Below, piece by piece: positions 18,883-27,327 of a stretch of DNA of 64,000 nt. The translations under genes were made by a program, and so were the position numbers. This DNA is from Patescibacteria group bacterium. GTDB taxonomy: Bacteria > Patescibacteriota > Minisyncoccia > Phycocordibacterales > Phycocordibacteraceae. The notes under the pieces are model-generated. The model did not search any database, was not told where the DNA came from, and saw only the letters and a program-made list of their open reading frames with translations. How positions within the stretch are numbered: the stretch's first letter is position 1; every line of letters begins with the position of its first letter. The stretch spans positions 216,934 through 280,933 of the forward strand of contig JBBTSZ010000002.1 in NCBI GenBank assembly GCA_038064495.1. The letters run 5' to 3'.

Positions 18883-19421
18883 ACCTTGCAGATCTCTTTA
18901 GTAATCCGACAAAAAACGTACTACAGATGGGGCTCACTGAAGGTATGAAAGTCGGAGACTTAGGCGCAGGTTCTGGACACTATGCGCTTGCCGCTGCACA
19001 TCTTGTGGGGCCATCCGGTCGTGTCTACGCGCTTGATGTCCAAGAAGATATCTTGAAGCACATCCGGGACGCGGCAAAAGAAAAAAAGCTACAGAATATT
19101 GAGACTATCTGGGGCGATTTCCAGTATCCAGGCGGTACGCGTCTTACCGATCATATTCTTGATGCGGTTATATTATCTAATACCCTGTTTCAAGTAGAAG
19201 AAAAACAAACGGCAGTTGCTGAAATGAGACGGATATTGAAACCGGGTGGCAAGGTGCTCGTATGTGACTGGGCCGGAAGTTACAGTGGTATGGGTCCGCA
19301 TCCCGAACACATTGTGTCAGAACATGATGCCGAAGAATTGTTCATCACGGCTGGTTTTCATAAGACGAAAACGTGGCGTGGCGGCCCACATCATTACGCA
19401 ATACTATTTATGTCTCCCTAA
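18879..19421 (+). CDS. class I SAM-dependent methyltransferase (start uncertain; alternative Met at 18927)
   Basis: Motif I VGDLGAGSGHYAL, post-I acidic ALDVQ, LKPGGKVLVCDW. Confidence 0.7.
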   Translation: MHLADLFSNPTKNVLQMGLTEGMKVGDLGAGSGHYALAAAHLVGPSGRVYALDVQEDILKHIRDAAKEKKLQNIETIWGDFQYPGGTRLTDHILDAVILSNTLFQVEEKQTAVAEMRRILKPGGKVLVCDWAGSYSGMGPHPEHIVSEHDAEELFITAGFHKTKTWRGGPHHYAILFMSP

Positions 19422-19448
19422 CAGGGAGACACGTGCTACCTTTTCTAT

Positions 19449-20747
19449 ATGAAGCCCTTTCAAATAATCACCATTTCTGTCTTCGCTCTGCTCGCGCTTG
19501 TGGGCCTCTTTCTCTTTGCCACCTTTAAAGGATTCGGCGGAGCAAAACCACTCGGAAATGTGATGATATGGGGAACACTCTCCGCTGATGCACTGCAGCC
19601 AGCACTCAACGAACTGAAACGAAATCACAAAGAGTTTGATAAGGTCGCTTATCTTGAACGAAACGAGAGCACGTTTGATGCTGACCTTGCCGAAGCAATT
19701 GCTTCAGGTACGGGTCCCGATATGATTATCATTACGCAGGAACAACTAACGGCAGAAATACCAAAGCTGTCCATTATTCCCTACGCTACGATTCCAGAGC
19801 GCACCTATCGCGATACCTACGTACCTATATATGAACTCTTCCTGGATCGTAATGGTACGTTTGGTGTTCCATTTGTCGTTGACCCGCTCGTCCTCTATTA
19901 CAACCGCACCCTACTCGCAAGTGGTGGTCTTGCACAACCACCAACAACCTGGGAAGCAGTCGTCGGACTCGCTCCCACGTTAACGAGAAAGAGTGATACC
20001 GGAGTCGTGAGCAGAAGCACCGTTGCTTTTGGCACGTATGAGAACATTCCAAACGCCAGAGCCATTATTTCCTTGCTTCTACTGCAATCGGGAAGTCAAA
20101 TAACCACCTACGGCACGCTCGGCATCACCGGCGCACTTGCTTCGGGTGGCTCTTCCGCTGCTTACAGCCTTTCTCCAGCTGAGTCAGCCGTCAGTTTCTA
20201 CACCCAGTTCGCTGATCCCGCTAAGGTGGTCTACTCGTGGAACCGCTCTCTCCCAAGCGCTCGCCAAGCATTCACTTCAGGGGACTCCGTGTTCTATGTG
20301 GGATTTGCCTCTGAAGCAGCCTTACTCAAAGCGACAAACCCAAATCTAGACTTTGATATGGCTCCGGTGCCTCAGCCTCAGACCGCACAAACAAAGACCG
20401 ACTATGGACTCGCCTATGCGTTCGCCATTCCAAAAGCCGCCAGTAATCCTGACGGTGCGTACAAGACCGCCCAGGCCTTAACGGCGAAGGATGAACTCTA
20501 CATTATTGCCGGATCGCTTGGCATGGCCCCTGCAAAGCGTGCCTTTCTGACGCCACAAACAAACGATATTTTTGCTTCGGTGTATTACCCAATGGCGATT
20601 ATAGCGAAAGGATGGCTGTCCCCAACGCCAGGCGTAACCGACGCAATTTTCACTGCTATGATTACGGATGTGATAAGCGGTCGCTCAAACGTGCATGATG
20701 CCATTAAGCGGGCAGATGATGCGCTCTCCGCCGCGTTTTCTCACTAA
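19449..20747 (+). CDS. extracellular solute-binding protein family-1-like lipoprotein/secreted protein; no cognate ABC permease or ATPase nearby
   Basis: N-terminal TM/signal, then SBP-like fold hints (MIWGTLSAD..., VPFVVDPLVLYYN). Confidence 0.5.
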   Translation: MKPFQIITISVFALLALVGLFLFATFKGFGGAKPLGNVMIWGTLSADALQPALNELKRNHKEFDKVAYLERNESTFDADLAEAIASGTGPDMIIITQEQLTAEIPKLSIIPYATIPERTYRDTYVPIYELFLDRNGTFGVPFVVDPLVLYYNRTLLASGGLAQPPTTWEAVVGLAPTLTRKSDTGVVSRSTVAFGTYENIPNARAIISLLLLQSGSQITTYGTLGITGALASGGSSAAYSLSPAESAVSFYTQFADPAKVVYSWNRSLPSARQAFTSGDSVFYVGFASEAALLKATNPNLDFDMAPVPQPQTAQTKTDYGLAYAFAIPKAASNPDGAYKTAQALTAKDELYIIAGSLGMAPAKRAFLTPQTNDIFASVYYPMAIIAKGWLSPTPGVTDAIFTAMITDVISGRSNVHDAIKRADDALSAAFSH

Positions 20748-20750
20748 ACT

Positions 20751-21266
20751 ATGCAAATTAAATGGCAAGAAGCCACCTCACTCATTCCACTTTTGCTCTT
20801 AGGTTTATGTAGCTTTACGTTTTCGGCTCAGGCTGCGGCAACAATTCCAGGCGTAATCTTTGAGAATGATCCTCCAGCGAAGACAACGGTTCTTCTGCCG
20901 TCTGCATCAACTCCCGCACCAACAAAACCAGCTACGCCAGGTGCAACTGGAGCCACTTCTCCGGGCGCGGCAACTGGCCAGACATCAACTCAGTCTGGTT
21001 CGCCAACAGGTCTCCAAAATCCGCTTCAGGCAGGAACACTTGAAGAGCTTCTTACTGCGATTCTTAAGGGCGTTGTAGCGATTGGTGCCATATTCCTTAC
21101 CTTTATGATTATCTATGTCGGCTTCCTCTTTGTAGCTGCGCGCGGGAACGAAGAAAAAATACGTGATGCGCGTCAAGCACTTGTCTGGACCGTGATTGGA
21201 GGACTCCTTTTGCTTGGTGCTGAAGCCATAAGTCTGGTCATTCAGTCTACGGCGCAAACGTTATGA
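20751..21266 (+). CDS. pilin-like paralogue P1: signal peptide, Pro/Thr/Ala-rich linker, two TM helices (VirB2/TrbC-like topology)
   Basis: Signal peptide plus the conserved two-TM module shared with the next four ORFs (..F..GF..V...GNEEK.R....L.W..IG). Confidence 0.55.
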   Translation: MQIKWQEATSLIPLLLLGLCSFTFSAQAAATIPGVIFENDPPAKTTVLLPSASTPAPTKPATPGATGATSPGAATGQTSTQSGSPTGLQNPLQAGTLEELLTAILKGVVAIGAIFLTFMIIYVGFLFVAARGNEEKIRDARQALVWTVIGGLLLLGAEAISLVIQSTAQTL

Positions 21267-21589
21267 GCCCCTTCACAAGACTGTTTTCGCTGCTTCCCGC
21301 ATTTCTGTTCGTACTCATTCCACTGCACAGCGCTTTTGCGGCAACTCCCACGTTTGAAGAGTGGGTAAATAACACTGCAGTTGGATTCGTTGATTCCTAT
21401 GTGATACCGCTCCTCTACGCAGTTGCGTTCCTTGTTTTTATGTTCGGTGCCTTTCGCTACTTCTTTACCGGCGGGGAGGAAAACAGGGAAAAGGGACGTG
21501 CTTTTCTCCTTTGGTCCATTATCGGCATGGTCGCAATATTTTCCGTGTGGGGCGTCGTGAATCTACTCCTTACTGCTCTTCCGCAGTAA
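21263..21589 (+). CDS. pilin-like paralogue P2
   Basis: AFLVFMFGAFRYFFTGGEENREKGRAFLLWSIIGMVAIFSVWGVVNLL module; signal peptide; 4-nt overlap with P1. Confidence 0.6.
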   Translation: MSPFTRLFSLLPAFLFVLIPLHSAFAATPTFEEWVNNTAVGFVDSYVIPLLYAVAFLVFMFGAFRYFFTGGEENREKGRAFLLWSIIGMVAIFSVWGVVNLLLTALPQ

Positions 21590-21638
21590 CGTGTATAACT
21601 GCTTGATTCACGCCAAGCGCTTGCTAGGCTTCATCTAT

Positions 21639-22319
21639 ATGACACATTTCCGTACCCTACTCACCGGCATTTCAGCTGTGGCGCTTCTGTTTATCGTTAA
21701 CGTTCCGCATGCCCTTGCACAAACAGCAACCAATAGCTCAGCACCCATAGACCAGCTGGGTCAATTCTTACAACAGTTCATTCGCTTTTTTGACCTCTAT
21801 CTGGTCCCGCTCATATTTGCACTCGCCTTCATCGTGTTCTTGTGGGGCGTCTATCGGTACCTCATTCTTGGTGCTGACAACGAGGAGAAACGTCAGGAGG
21901 GTCAAAAGTTCATCATGTATGGCCTTATCGGTTTCTTCATCATGATTTCAATTTGGGGGATTGTTAATTTACTTGTCGGTTCGCTTGGTTTCGGAAATGA
22001 TCAGCGTCCCAATCTTCCGACCTTCGGTTCACCCTCTCAATCAGGAAGTAACGGTTCAAAGATTCTTCCAAGCAGTCCGTCAGTAAACACGACTGGATCT
22101 GCCAATACGAGCGGAGGTTCTGTTACCCCGGGAAACACGTCTACAGACTGTCGTTCTGACGGTGTGTGTCCTGCTAACACCGTTTGTTCGTTTAGCGGTA
22201 CGCAAGCAGGGCAATGTATAACCACGAACCCTCAAGATTGTCGTCTTCCGAACACAGCCTGTCCTTCAGGATACGTGTGTAACGCAAACAATGGTCTCTG
22301 TAAATTGAATTCAATATAG
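21639..22319 (+). CDS. pilin-like paralogue P3 with a C-terminal Ser/Thr/Gly linker and an 8-Cys extracellular domain
   Basis: Module AFIVFLWGVYRYLILGADNEEKRQEGQKFIMYGLIGFFIMISIWGIVNLL, then CRSDGVCPANTVCSFSGTQAGQCITTNPQDCRLPNTACPSGYVCNANNGLC. Confidence 0.6.
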   Translation: MTHFRTLLTGISAVALLFIVNVPHALAQTATNSSAPIDQLGQFLQQFIRFFDLYLVPLIFALAFIVFLWGVYRYLILGADNEEKRQEGQKFIMYGLIGFFIMISIWGIVNLLVGSLGFGNDQRPNLPTFGSPSQSGSNGSKILPSSPSVNTTGSANTSGGSVTPGNTSTDCRSDGVCPANTVCSFSGTQAGQCITTNPQDCRLPNTACPSGYVCNANNGLCKLNSI

Positions 22320-22415
22320 AAACTGTTGTCCACAAAGCGAAAACGAGCCAATTGACGGAGGGGTGAGAATCGCTATGCTTAGAGGGAACCTACGTGGTTA
22401 TACTAATTACCTTAT

Positions 22416-22775
22416 ATGAAGAAACTCGGCTACACTCTCGCAGCTTTTGCCACGCCTTTTCTTGCGTTTGCACAGGTGCAAACCATTAATGACGCAGGTA
22501 GAATCGTGATTGATATCATTAACAATGTTGCGGTACCTATCGTATTCGCACTCGCCTTCATCGTCTTTATCTGGGGTATCTTTCGATACTTCGTTCAAGG
22601 AGGACACGACGAGGAAAAACGTGAAGACGGTAAGCAGCTCATGCTCTGGGGCCTCATTGGTTTCTTTGTCATGGTCTCGGTGTGGGGCTTAATCCACATC
22701 CTCATTGGAACCTTCAACTTGAACCCAGCTATTCCAAATTATCCAACCGCACCGTATACCACGAAAGGACGCTAG
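22416..22775 (+). CDS. pilin-like paralogue P4
   Basis: AFIVFIWGIFRYFVQGGHDEEKREDGKQLMLWGLIGFFVMVSVWGLIHIL; signal peptide ending AFA-QVQ. Confidence 0.6.
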   Translation: MKKLGYTLAAFATPFLAFAQVQTINDAGRIVIDIINNVAVPIVFALAFIVFIWGIFRYFVQGGHDEEKREDGKQLMLWGLIGFFVMVSVWGLIHILIGTFNLNPAIPNYPTAPYTTKGR

Positions 22776-22797
22776 TTTCCTATAGCACTCTCCTTGG

Positions 22798-22826
22798 AAA
22801 CCCGCGCAATCCTTGCGCGGGTTTCT
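22798..22826 (+). terminator. hairpin AAACCCGCGCAA-tcc-TTGCGCGGGTTT after P4
   Basis: Perfect 12-bp stem. Confidence 0.5.
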
Positions 22827-22841
22827 GCTATGATAGAGAGC

Positions 22842-23099
22842 ATGAATACAGAATTCAACGCATTTCTCGGTAAAGTTGAACAGGCTATTTTGAACCCACT
22901 CATCACGCTTTTGATACTGGCCGCGTTCGTGCTCTTTGTATATGGGGTCGTTGAATTCATTGCTGGAGCGGGAAATGATGAAAAAAGAAAGATAGGTCAG
23001 CAACATATGATATGGGGCTTCATTGGACTTGCCATTATGTTTGGTGCTAAAGGCATTGTGGCGCTTCTTGCAAGTACGTTTGGCGTTCCGGTCCCCTAG
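22842..23099 (+). CDS. pilin-like paralogue P5 (most divergent; no obvious cleavable signal)
   Basis: AAFVLFVYGVVEFIAGAGNDEKRKIGQQHMIWGFIGLAIMFG module. Confidence 0.5.
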   Translation: MNTEFNAFLGKVEQAILNPLITLLILAAFVLFVYGVVEFIAGAGNDEKRKIGQQHMIWGFIGLAIMFGAKGIVALLASTFGVPVP

Positions 23100-23156
23100 T
23101 ACATACAAAAAGGGTCCAATACGCGCGAGGCATACTGGACCCTTGAAAGGTACAAA

Positions 23157-23792
23157 TTAGAGCGAAGGACAAGGTGTACTACATTCGCTCGCTTCTTTTC
23201 TGAAACACACACGGGTCGTAAAGGCCTGCTCGTCCGCCGAACTGAAACGCTCGGCACTCATGTCAGGAACTTTACCCTCTGGTTTTGGAAACCAGTGAGA
23301 TTCATCCATGTCATGAAAACGACGATCCCGATAGCTCACGCTAATTTGCGATGGTGATGCGTTATCAACGCACATTGCATATCCGGGAACACCCTCAACG
23401 ACATCTGAGTACGTTCCGCGTGCAGGCACAAGGAGCAAACGCGTTGGTGGTGGAACCACCTCCGCAACTCTCTGGCCCGACGTTGACGGTACAGAGTGTC
23501 TGCTCGCCGTTAGCTCGCTAATCAACTGCTGTCCCTGGGGTTGCGTAAGGATAAACCAAATCGCAAATCCAAGGAGGGCAAGCACCACGAATTTCGAGGC
23601 ATTCATCCCGGAGGATGAATGCCCTCCACTTTCTCGACGCTGCACAACCGTTGGTGCAGGTGGAGTACTTGCCGAGACAGTTACTGCCTTCGGCTTCCTC
23701 CACCAGCCAAGTGCCCACCATCCGAATAAACCGATGACGAGCAGGAAGGCAAGCAAGGCAAGGTTACCGTTTGTTGCGGAAAACGCCGTCAT
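23157..23792 (-). CDS. membrane protein, hypothetical; second gene of the SPFH operon
   Basis: Two TM helices; 4-nt overlap with the upstream SPFH gene. Confidence 0.45.
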   Translation of the reverse strand: MTAFSATNGNLALLAFLLVIGLFGWWALGWWRKPKAVTVSASTPPAPTVVQRRESGGHSSSGMNASKFVVLALLGFAIWFILTQPQGQQLISELTASRHSVPSTSGQRVAEVVPPPTRLLLVPARGTYSDVVEGVPGYAMCVDNASPSQISVSYRDRRFHDMDESHWFPKPEGKVPDMSAERFSSADEQAFTTRVCFRKEASECSTPCPSL

Positions 23793-25198
23793 CTTTTTTC
23801 TCCTACTGGCTCAGGCTTCTCTGTTGCTCCCTCCGTTTTCAGGCCGAGACCAAAGAGTTTCCCAATGCTTGCGGCCTGCATGAGGCCACCGTCACCGAGA
23901 ATGGTCGCGTTTGCGCCCGGAATCGTTGCACGCGCAGTTTCAGCTGCGAGCACCTCGGAACCGTCCACGCTGATTGCTTCCATCATTTCCTTCATGCCTT
24001 CAGCTCGGCCCCGAAGGGGACCAGCTGCTTCTGCTCGGAGCGCCTTGCCCTTTGCTTCACCGACAACGACAATTGCATCAGCATCTGCCTTCGCAGCAGT
24101 CACCTTTGCAGTCGCCAGAAACGGAGCCATGGCTGCGTCACGTTGTGCCTTCGCGTATTCGTGCGACGGATTGATCTTCGTGACGTCAGCGTCGATGACC
24201 TGGATTCCCCAATTGAGGGTACGAGCACGGATGTGGTCATCCAAATGCTCGTTCAACTGGGCAAGCCCCGAAATGATGCCGTTGTAGTCCTTAGAAGCAA
24301 AGTCTTCGTTCAGGACTGCGAGTGACATCTTTTCGAGTTGACTTCGCGCTTCAGCAATCGTGCCAACGTTCGCAATGAACGTAGCAAGGTCAACAATTCG
24401 CCAAAAGACGAACCATATGACCCCAACAGACATTTGTGCCTGGCTCGAGCCATTATCGACGGTAAAACTCGTGTTGATAAACACTGGCTTCACCATGCCT
24501 TTCGGCGCTGGTATTTTTTCGTCGTTCCAATCAATGATGTCAGGTGGACCTGGCATATAGAACTCTTGCAAATCGCGGGGACCGCGCTTCAGGGTCAAAA
24601 TACCAGGAGGAACGAAGTGTGGACCCGCTCCAGTGTTCTTGAGTGCAATATCGTAGAAGTAGAACGAGGCAAGCTCGTTCGGCTTCACGACCCGAATGGA
24701 AAACGCCACATACAACAACGGGAAAAAGATAAACCAGAACCCGAGGTTGAAGTTGAGCGACCCGATAGTTCCTAGAATTGTGAACCAGGTCAGATACACG
24801 CCGAAGCTGATGCCGATAAGGGCGAACAGCATCGCTGTATTGATTTTGCGATATAGCGGCCTATTGAGTCGCACGAGGTCCATTTTTGGATTGGACTGGT
24901 CGCTTGCTTCAGGTGCAGAGTTCGTTGCCGAACCCTGATTCTGGAAGGCATTCTTCAAACGCCTCCCAGTCCATTTGGAAGCAGATGCGATTCCGCGACC
25001 AACCTTTGTTCCGGCGGCTCGGTAAAAGATGATACTCTTGCCGCCCCATTTTTTGATTTGTCTTCCAGTCCATTTTGCAGTGGACATTGCGCCACGCGCC
25101 AGTTGAGAACGAAATTTCCAACTTATTGCGCTGAACACAAGTCCAGCCAGAATCCAGACCATCCGTTCCATGGCCACATGAATGAATTGATCGAACAT
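23789..25198 (-). CDS. SPFH/band-7 (stomatin/flotillin-like) domain membrane protein
   Basis: N-terminal TMs; the core NWGIQVIDADVTKINPSHEYAKAQRDAAMAP...AKADADAIVVVGEAKGKALRAEA is typical of HflK/C-flotillin. Confidence 0.6.
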   Translation of the reverse strand: MFDQFIHVAMERMVWILAGLVFSAISWKFRSQLARGAMSTAKWTGRQIKKWGGKSIIFYRAAGTKVGRGIASASKWTGRRLKNAFQNQGSATNSAPEASDQSNPKMDLVRLNRPLYRKINTAMLFALIGISFGVYLTWFTILGTIGSLNFNLGFWFIFFPLLYVAFSIRVVKPNELASFYFYDIALKNTGAGPHFVPPGILTLKRGPRDLQEFYMPGPPDIIDWNDEKIPAPKGMVKPVFINTSFTVDNGSSQAQMSVGVIWFVFWRIVDLATFIANVGTIAEARSQLEKMSLAVLNEDFASKDYNGIISGLAQLNEHLDDHIRARTLNWGIQVIDADVTKINPSHEYAKAQRDAAMAPFLATAKVTAAKADADAIVVVGEAKGKALRAEAAGPLRGRAEGMKEMMEAISVDGSEVLAAETARATIPGANATILGDGGLMQAASIGKLFGLGLKTEGATEKPEPVGEKR

Positions 25199-25359
25199 TT
25201 CAATACTCCTCTTGAGTGTGTATTTTCAAAATCCTTGTATCTAATGGGTAGAATACACCTAAATAGTGGTTTTGTCAAGTTCACGTAGCACAGAAGAACA
25301 CCGTATATAGTGACTATCTAGCTGTGCTACGGACAGATTTCTGATAGGATGCAGTTATT

Positions 25360-25441
25360 GCCCAGGTGGTGAAATTGGTATACACGCCTGCCTTAGGAGC
25401 AGGTCCCTTCGGGGGTGGAGGTTCAAGTCCTCTCCTGGGCA
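25360..25441 (+). tRNA. tRNA-Leu (anticodon TAG), type II with long variable arm
   Basis: Acceptor GCCCAGG/CCTGGGC, anticodon loop CTTAGGA, T-arm GGTTCAAGTCC; hand-folded. Confidence 0.75.
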
Positions 25442-25451
25442 CACAAATAAT

Positions 25452-25474
25452 AAAAACCCTGCAGAGGGGTTTTA
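25452..25474. terminator. hairpin AAAACCCT-gcag-AGGGGTTTT after tRNA-Leu
   Basis: Stem plus T tract. Confidence 0.55.
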
Positions 25475-25485
25475 TTATTTAGGTT

Positions 25486-25680
25486 CCAGCTCGCACTACG
25501 TGGTCAGGAATATTTTCGCTCGTGGTCACAGATAATTTTCTGCTGAAAATTTCCGCGACCCCGCCTCAGCGCCGTCGCGCTTCCGGCTCGCACCTTGTGG
25601 TCACGAGTCACTAAGGACTTTGCTCCATGCATTCGCAAACTACTAAGTGCTCTCGACCCCGTCTCGGCACTTACTCCTGC
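25486..25680. repeat. two degenerate roughly 97-bp tandem direct repeats (ccRgctcgcacYWYgtggtcaSg ... cgaccccgYctc) between convergent tRNA genes
   Basis: 23-nt and 12-nt blocks recur with 97-bp periodicity. Confidence 0.4.
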
Positions 25681-25708
25681 CCCGCAGGCGTGCCTCCGAC
25701 CCGCACCA

Positions 25709-25740
25709 AAAGATAAAACCCCGTTAGGGGTTTTATCTTT
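25709..25740 (-). terminator. perfect 14-bp hairpin AAAGATAAAACCCC-gtta-GGGGTTTTATCTTT abutting the tRNA-Lys 3' end
   Basis: Inverted repeat seen in the sequence. Confidence 0.65.
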
Positions 25741-25816
25741 TGGTGCGCCCACCTGGGCTCGAACCAGGGACCTTATCCTTAAGAGGGATCTGCTCTACCG
25801 ACTGAGCTATGGGCGC
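25741..25816 (-). tRNA. tRNA-Lys (anticodon CTT), CCA encoded
   Basis: RC reads GCGCCCATAGCTCAGTCGGTAGAGC...anticodon loop CTCTTAA...GGTTCGAGCCC...GGGCGCACCA. Confidence 0.8.
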
Positions 25817-25882
25817 AAACTAACTCGCGTATCGGTACTACGCTATTCGCGATTATATAGTCTCCACCTCGTAGCGTCTAGG

Positions 25883-27040
25883 TCACTCCGCGTGTCGCTC
25901 AAGGTGGGAGGCAATGTGAGTCAGGACCACATACTCAGTCTCCTTATATTCAGAAGTACTCACCGTGCTTGCGATGTTACTTACTGAGTTTGCGTCCGTT
26001 GGAACGCGTGAGATGGCAACGACCGGGTCACCGATCGTAACATTTGGCACGTTTGATACATCGATACTCGTCATATTCATAGACACTCGTCCAACAATGG
26101 GACAGATGATTCCTTTAACGAGCATGGAGCCTTTGTTTGAAAGTCTACGGTCAATGCCTTCGTAGTAGCCAACGGGCACGGTGGCAACCTTCATATCGCT
26201 TCCAGTGGTGTACGTTGCGTTGTAACCAATTTTATCTCCCTCTGGAACGATGCGCAGTGAACTGATAAGTGAACGCACTTCAAGTACGGGTTTGAGTGGT
26301 GCACCTTGTGCTGGAGAAGTGTCAAAGCCATAAAGACCAATTCCAAGACGGACGATGTTTGTATCAGTCTCTGTTGCGAAGCGAACACCTTTCGTGGCAG
26401 CGATATGTTTCTCGGTGAGTGTAGGGAAGGCACTCATGAGTTCCGAGACCCCTTCCTTCCACACCTTGGTTTGGCTCGTCGTCACCGTCTCATCTTTTCC
26501 GTCTGCGTCTGCGAAGTGGGAACACACTCCAACGAGTTCAAGAAGTGGCTGGCCCTTCAGCGCATCCTCAGCATAAGAAAGTTCAGAGAGAGTAATTCCC
26601 TGCCGATGCATCCCGGTATCAAGCTTCAGATGGACACGAATAGGGCGCCTCGCAAGTGACGCGACTTTTTGCACCTGCGCGAGATCAACAAGGGTGAAAT
26701 CAACATGGGGAAGCCGACTTCGGGCGATATCCTCGGGCCGTACGTACCCCATAACGAGAATGCGTGAGCGGATACCATGACGCCGAAGGCGGAGCGCTTC
26801 GTAGTAGGAATCAACCACAAAGAAAGCGATGCGCTCCCTGTCTAAAAGACGAGCAACCGTTCCTATATCATGTCCGTAGGCGTTTGATTTAAGTACCGGA
26901 GCAAACGTAATTCCCGGATAGCGTTCCTGATACGTATGCAAATTATGAAGGAGATTTTCTTTTGAAATACCGACCTCAATCAAAGGTGTATAGCCGGTAA
27001 GTTTCCGGCGGATTTTTCGAAGTACAGTACGAAAAGACAT
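25883..27040 (-). CDS. alr: alanine racemase
   Basis: PLP-Lys motif VLKSNAYGHD; HLKLDTGMHRQG. Start trimmed to the internal Met because the longer ORF overlaps tRNA-Leu. Confidence 0.85.
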   Translation of the reverse strand: MSFRTVLRKIRRKLTGYTPLIEVGISKENLLHNLHTYQERYPGITFAPVLKSNAYGHDIGTVARLLDRERIAFFVVDSYYEALRLRRHGIRSRILVMGYVRPEDIARSRLPHVDFTLVDLAQVQKVASLARRPIRVHLKLDTGMHRQGITLSELSYAEDALKGQPLLELVGVCSHFADADGKDETVTTSQTKVWKEGVSELMSAFPTLTEKHIAATKGVRFATETDTNIVRLGIGLYGFDTSPAQGAPLKPVLEVRSLISSLRIVPEGDKIGYNATYTTGSDMKVATVPVGYYEGIDRRLSNKGSMLVKGIICPIVGRVSMNMTSIDVSNVPNVTIGDPVVAISRVPTDANSVSNIASTVSTSEYKETEYVVLTHIASHLERHAE

Positions 27041-27042
27041 AT

Positions 27043-27128
27043 TGGTACCGGGGGCGGGACTCGAACCCACACGACATCGCTGTCTGAGGTGTTTAAGACC
27101 TCTATGTCTACCATTCCATCACCCCGGC
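27043..27128 (-). tRNA. tRNA-Leu (anticodon TAA), type II
   Basis: RC: GCCGGGGTGATGGAATGGTAGAC...stem GAGGT loop CTTAAAC...GGGTTCGAGTCCCGCCCCCGGTACCA. Confidence 0.8.
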
Positions 27129-27154
27129 GTACGATATGACGATATCACAAATTG

Positions 27155-27172
27155 GAGGCCCGAGCGGGATCG
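27155..27172 (-). repeat. partial duplicate of the tRNA-Cys 3' end (gaggcccgagcgggatcg), 155 bp from the intact gene
   Basis: 15/15 nt identity with 27329..27343; no 5' half is present. Confidence 0.5.
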
Positions 27173-27327
27173 TGAGTACACTATCGGTCACAACTCTCAG
27201 TTCGTCGTCACTCACCTCGGTCGCGACCCCGCCTCGCGGTTTGACGTACTCGCCAAACATCGCTCCGGCTTACGATTCCCTGTCACTGCGTACGCAATGA
27301 CACCGTGCCTCTATTCGAGGATTCTAG

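Noticed and set aside
25486-25680. Possible CRISPR array between the tRNAs
   Set aside because: Only two or three degenerate repeats with about 97-bp periodicity, no regular 28-37-bp repeat/spacer structure, and no cas genes.
27041-27070. First 10 codons of the alr ORF
   Set aside because: They would overlap tRNA-Leu(TAA). The Met at 27040 gives a start 2 nt from the tRNA.
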